DNA from: Vitrella brassicaformis CCMP3155
Lineage: Eukaryota > Protista > Chromerida
Length of the DNA: 64,000 nt
Direction: 5' to 3'
Assembly (NCBI GenBank): GCA_001179505.1
Contig: CDMY01000289.1
Coordinates: 1 to 64,000 of the forward strand
Below the pieces are notes generated by a model, which was not told the origin of the DNA, searched no databases, and worked only from the letters and a program-made list of their open reading frames with translations. The position numbers and the translations under genes are program-made. Shown here in pieces: positions 62,726-64,000 of this stretch; position 1 is the stretch's first letter; the number at the start of each line of letters is the position of its first letter.

Positions 62726-62750
62726 TAAGCTCGCAGAAGAATAGCTCGCA
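62726..62750 (-). promoter_or_regulatory. Two TGCGAGCT motifs in the lectin/ubiquitin-fusion divergent promoter
   Basis: taagctcgca (62726-62735) and atagctcgca (62741-62750) on the + strand. Confidence 0.6.
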
Positions 62751-62772
62751 ATTTCGTCATCGCATTGCAGCC

Positions 62773-64000
62773 ATGTCGGAGGCGGCCCAGGTGGATGCCA
62801 ACGCCAAGGCAAACATCGTGTGCTTCGGACACATTGCCAAGGTGAGAGCATCAAATAGCCACAGGCCATCCATTCATCCATTCAATGACATGACCCATTT
62901 CTGTGCATACTGTACAGGCCGTTGACACGATAGAAGGCATCGCCAGGTCGCTCCGCTCCCTTGCCCGGCAGCACAGCACCGGCCTCCGAGATGAGCTCAA
63001 GGCGAAGGGGCTCAGCTGCAAGCCATCGCACACCAGCTGGGAGGCCCTTGTGGCGGCCGTCAAGGGGCAGCCTGTCAACCGCCAGAAAGAGATAGTGGAT
63101 GGGTTGACGGCTGACTTGGCGGCCCTGCTTCTGGCGGTCTGGAGTGCTGTGGGTGTGAAGGAGGAGAATTCGGAGGATGCTGCTGCTGCTGCTCCTGCTG
63201 CTGCTGCTGCTGTTGCTGTGGGGGCTGACAAGTCGTGTGAGTGCGGCGGGTTTGCGGACGACACGTGCGCGGGCGGCGGCTTCCAGATATTCTGTAAGCT
63301 GGTACAACGAATGATGGATGCCGCTTCTGTTGGATGGATGTGTGTGTGTTGTCGTTCGATCATTCAGGCAAGACGCTCACGGGGAAGGTGGACTCATGCC
63401 ACGCACACACAGGTTTGTTTGTACCTCTGCCCGTCCCTGTGTTTCTGTGTGTGTGTGTCAGACGTGCACCCTGAATGTGTGTCCGAAGTGTACGATAGAG
63501 AAGGTCAAGCACAAGATATGGAAGCCCAGCGGGGTGGCGCCAGACCAGCAGAGGCTCATGTGAGTGAGTGAGTGAGTACCCGAACGCACTGGTCGTCACC
63601 GTATAAGCAATGCACACACCACAGCACAGCACAGCCATGCCCTCAGCCACGATTGCGTGTGTGTATGGATGGTGTGGCCACCATCCATTTGTGCAGCTTC
63701 GCCGGCAAGCAGCTGGAGGACAGCAGGACCGTCGGCCAATACAAGATGTTGAAGGAATCCACACTCCACCTCGTTGTGCGCCTGCGGGTAACCTACCGGA
63801 AGAAGCACAACGACCACACTGTGACACACACACGCAGGGGTCGCTATCTCGTTGTGTGACGTGAATGGCCATTCTGTCTCTGTGCAGGGTGGCATGTTTG
63901 CGTCTGTCTCCGGCCGTTTCGGGTTCTCGCCTTCCCTCTACCCCGAGCAGAATATGCCCCTCGGCACCGACCAGGAGGCTGACTACGAGAGGGGACTCGC
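62773..64000 (+). CDS. Internal ubiquitin-domain fusion protein (runs off the window)
   Basis: Spliced: [74 protein letters not shown]|[13 protein letters not shown]..., after a ~140-aa N-terminal extension. Confidence 0.88.

Noticed and set aside
1-64000. CRISPR arrays, tRNA/rRNA genes, transposase or reverse-transcriptase ORFs
   Set aside because: None recognisable; the repeats present are microsatellites and one segmental triplication.

Overview
Intron-rich eukaryotic genomic DNA. GC-rich exons, short GT-AG introns full of (CA)n/(GT)n/(GGAT)n microsatellites and four fixed 300-N gaps suggest a chromerid alveolate such as Vitrella brassicaformis (inferred from sequence style and gene content, not verified). 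About 24 spliced genes can be traced by hand: peroxisomal Lon protease (C-terminal AKL), XRN2, three tandem RING-CH/MARCH membrane E3 ligases, a CCCH zinc-finger/coiled-coil gene, FRA10AC1, a TLC protein, a stand-alone thioester-reductase domain, a GT-A glycosyltransferase, PTB/hnRNP-L, Alba, an 89-aa TM microprotein, D2HGDH, a ZIP/ZupT transporter, an ERGIC-53-like lectin, a ubiquitin-domain fusion and several hypothetical proteins, plus an intronless PP2C pseudogene. The main unexplained signals are: (1) a motif TGCGAGCT(H)A sitting in 8 of 9 short head-to-head promoter spacers, with a 1-mismatch variant in the ninth; (2) introns with 5' AC and 3' GT repeats in place of a polypyrimidine tract; (3) a diversifying MARCH array; (4) a CCCH exon whose intact finger and downstream protein lie in different frames. 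Gene models are manual and internal exon boundaries are approximate. No tRNA, rRNA, CRISPR array or recognisable transposase was seen.
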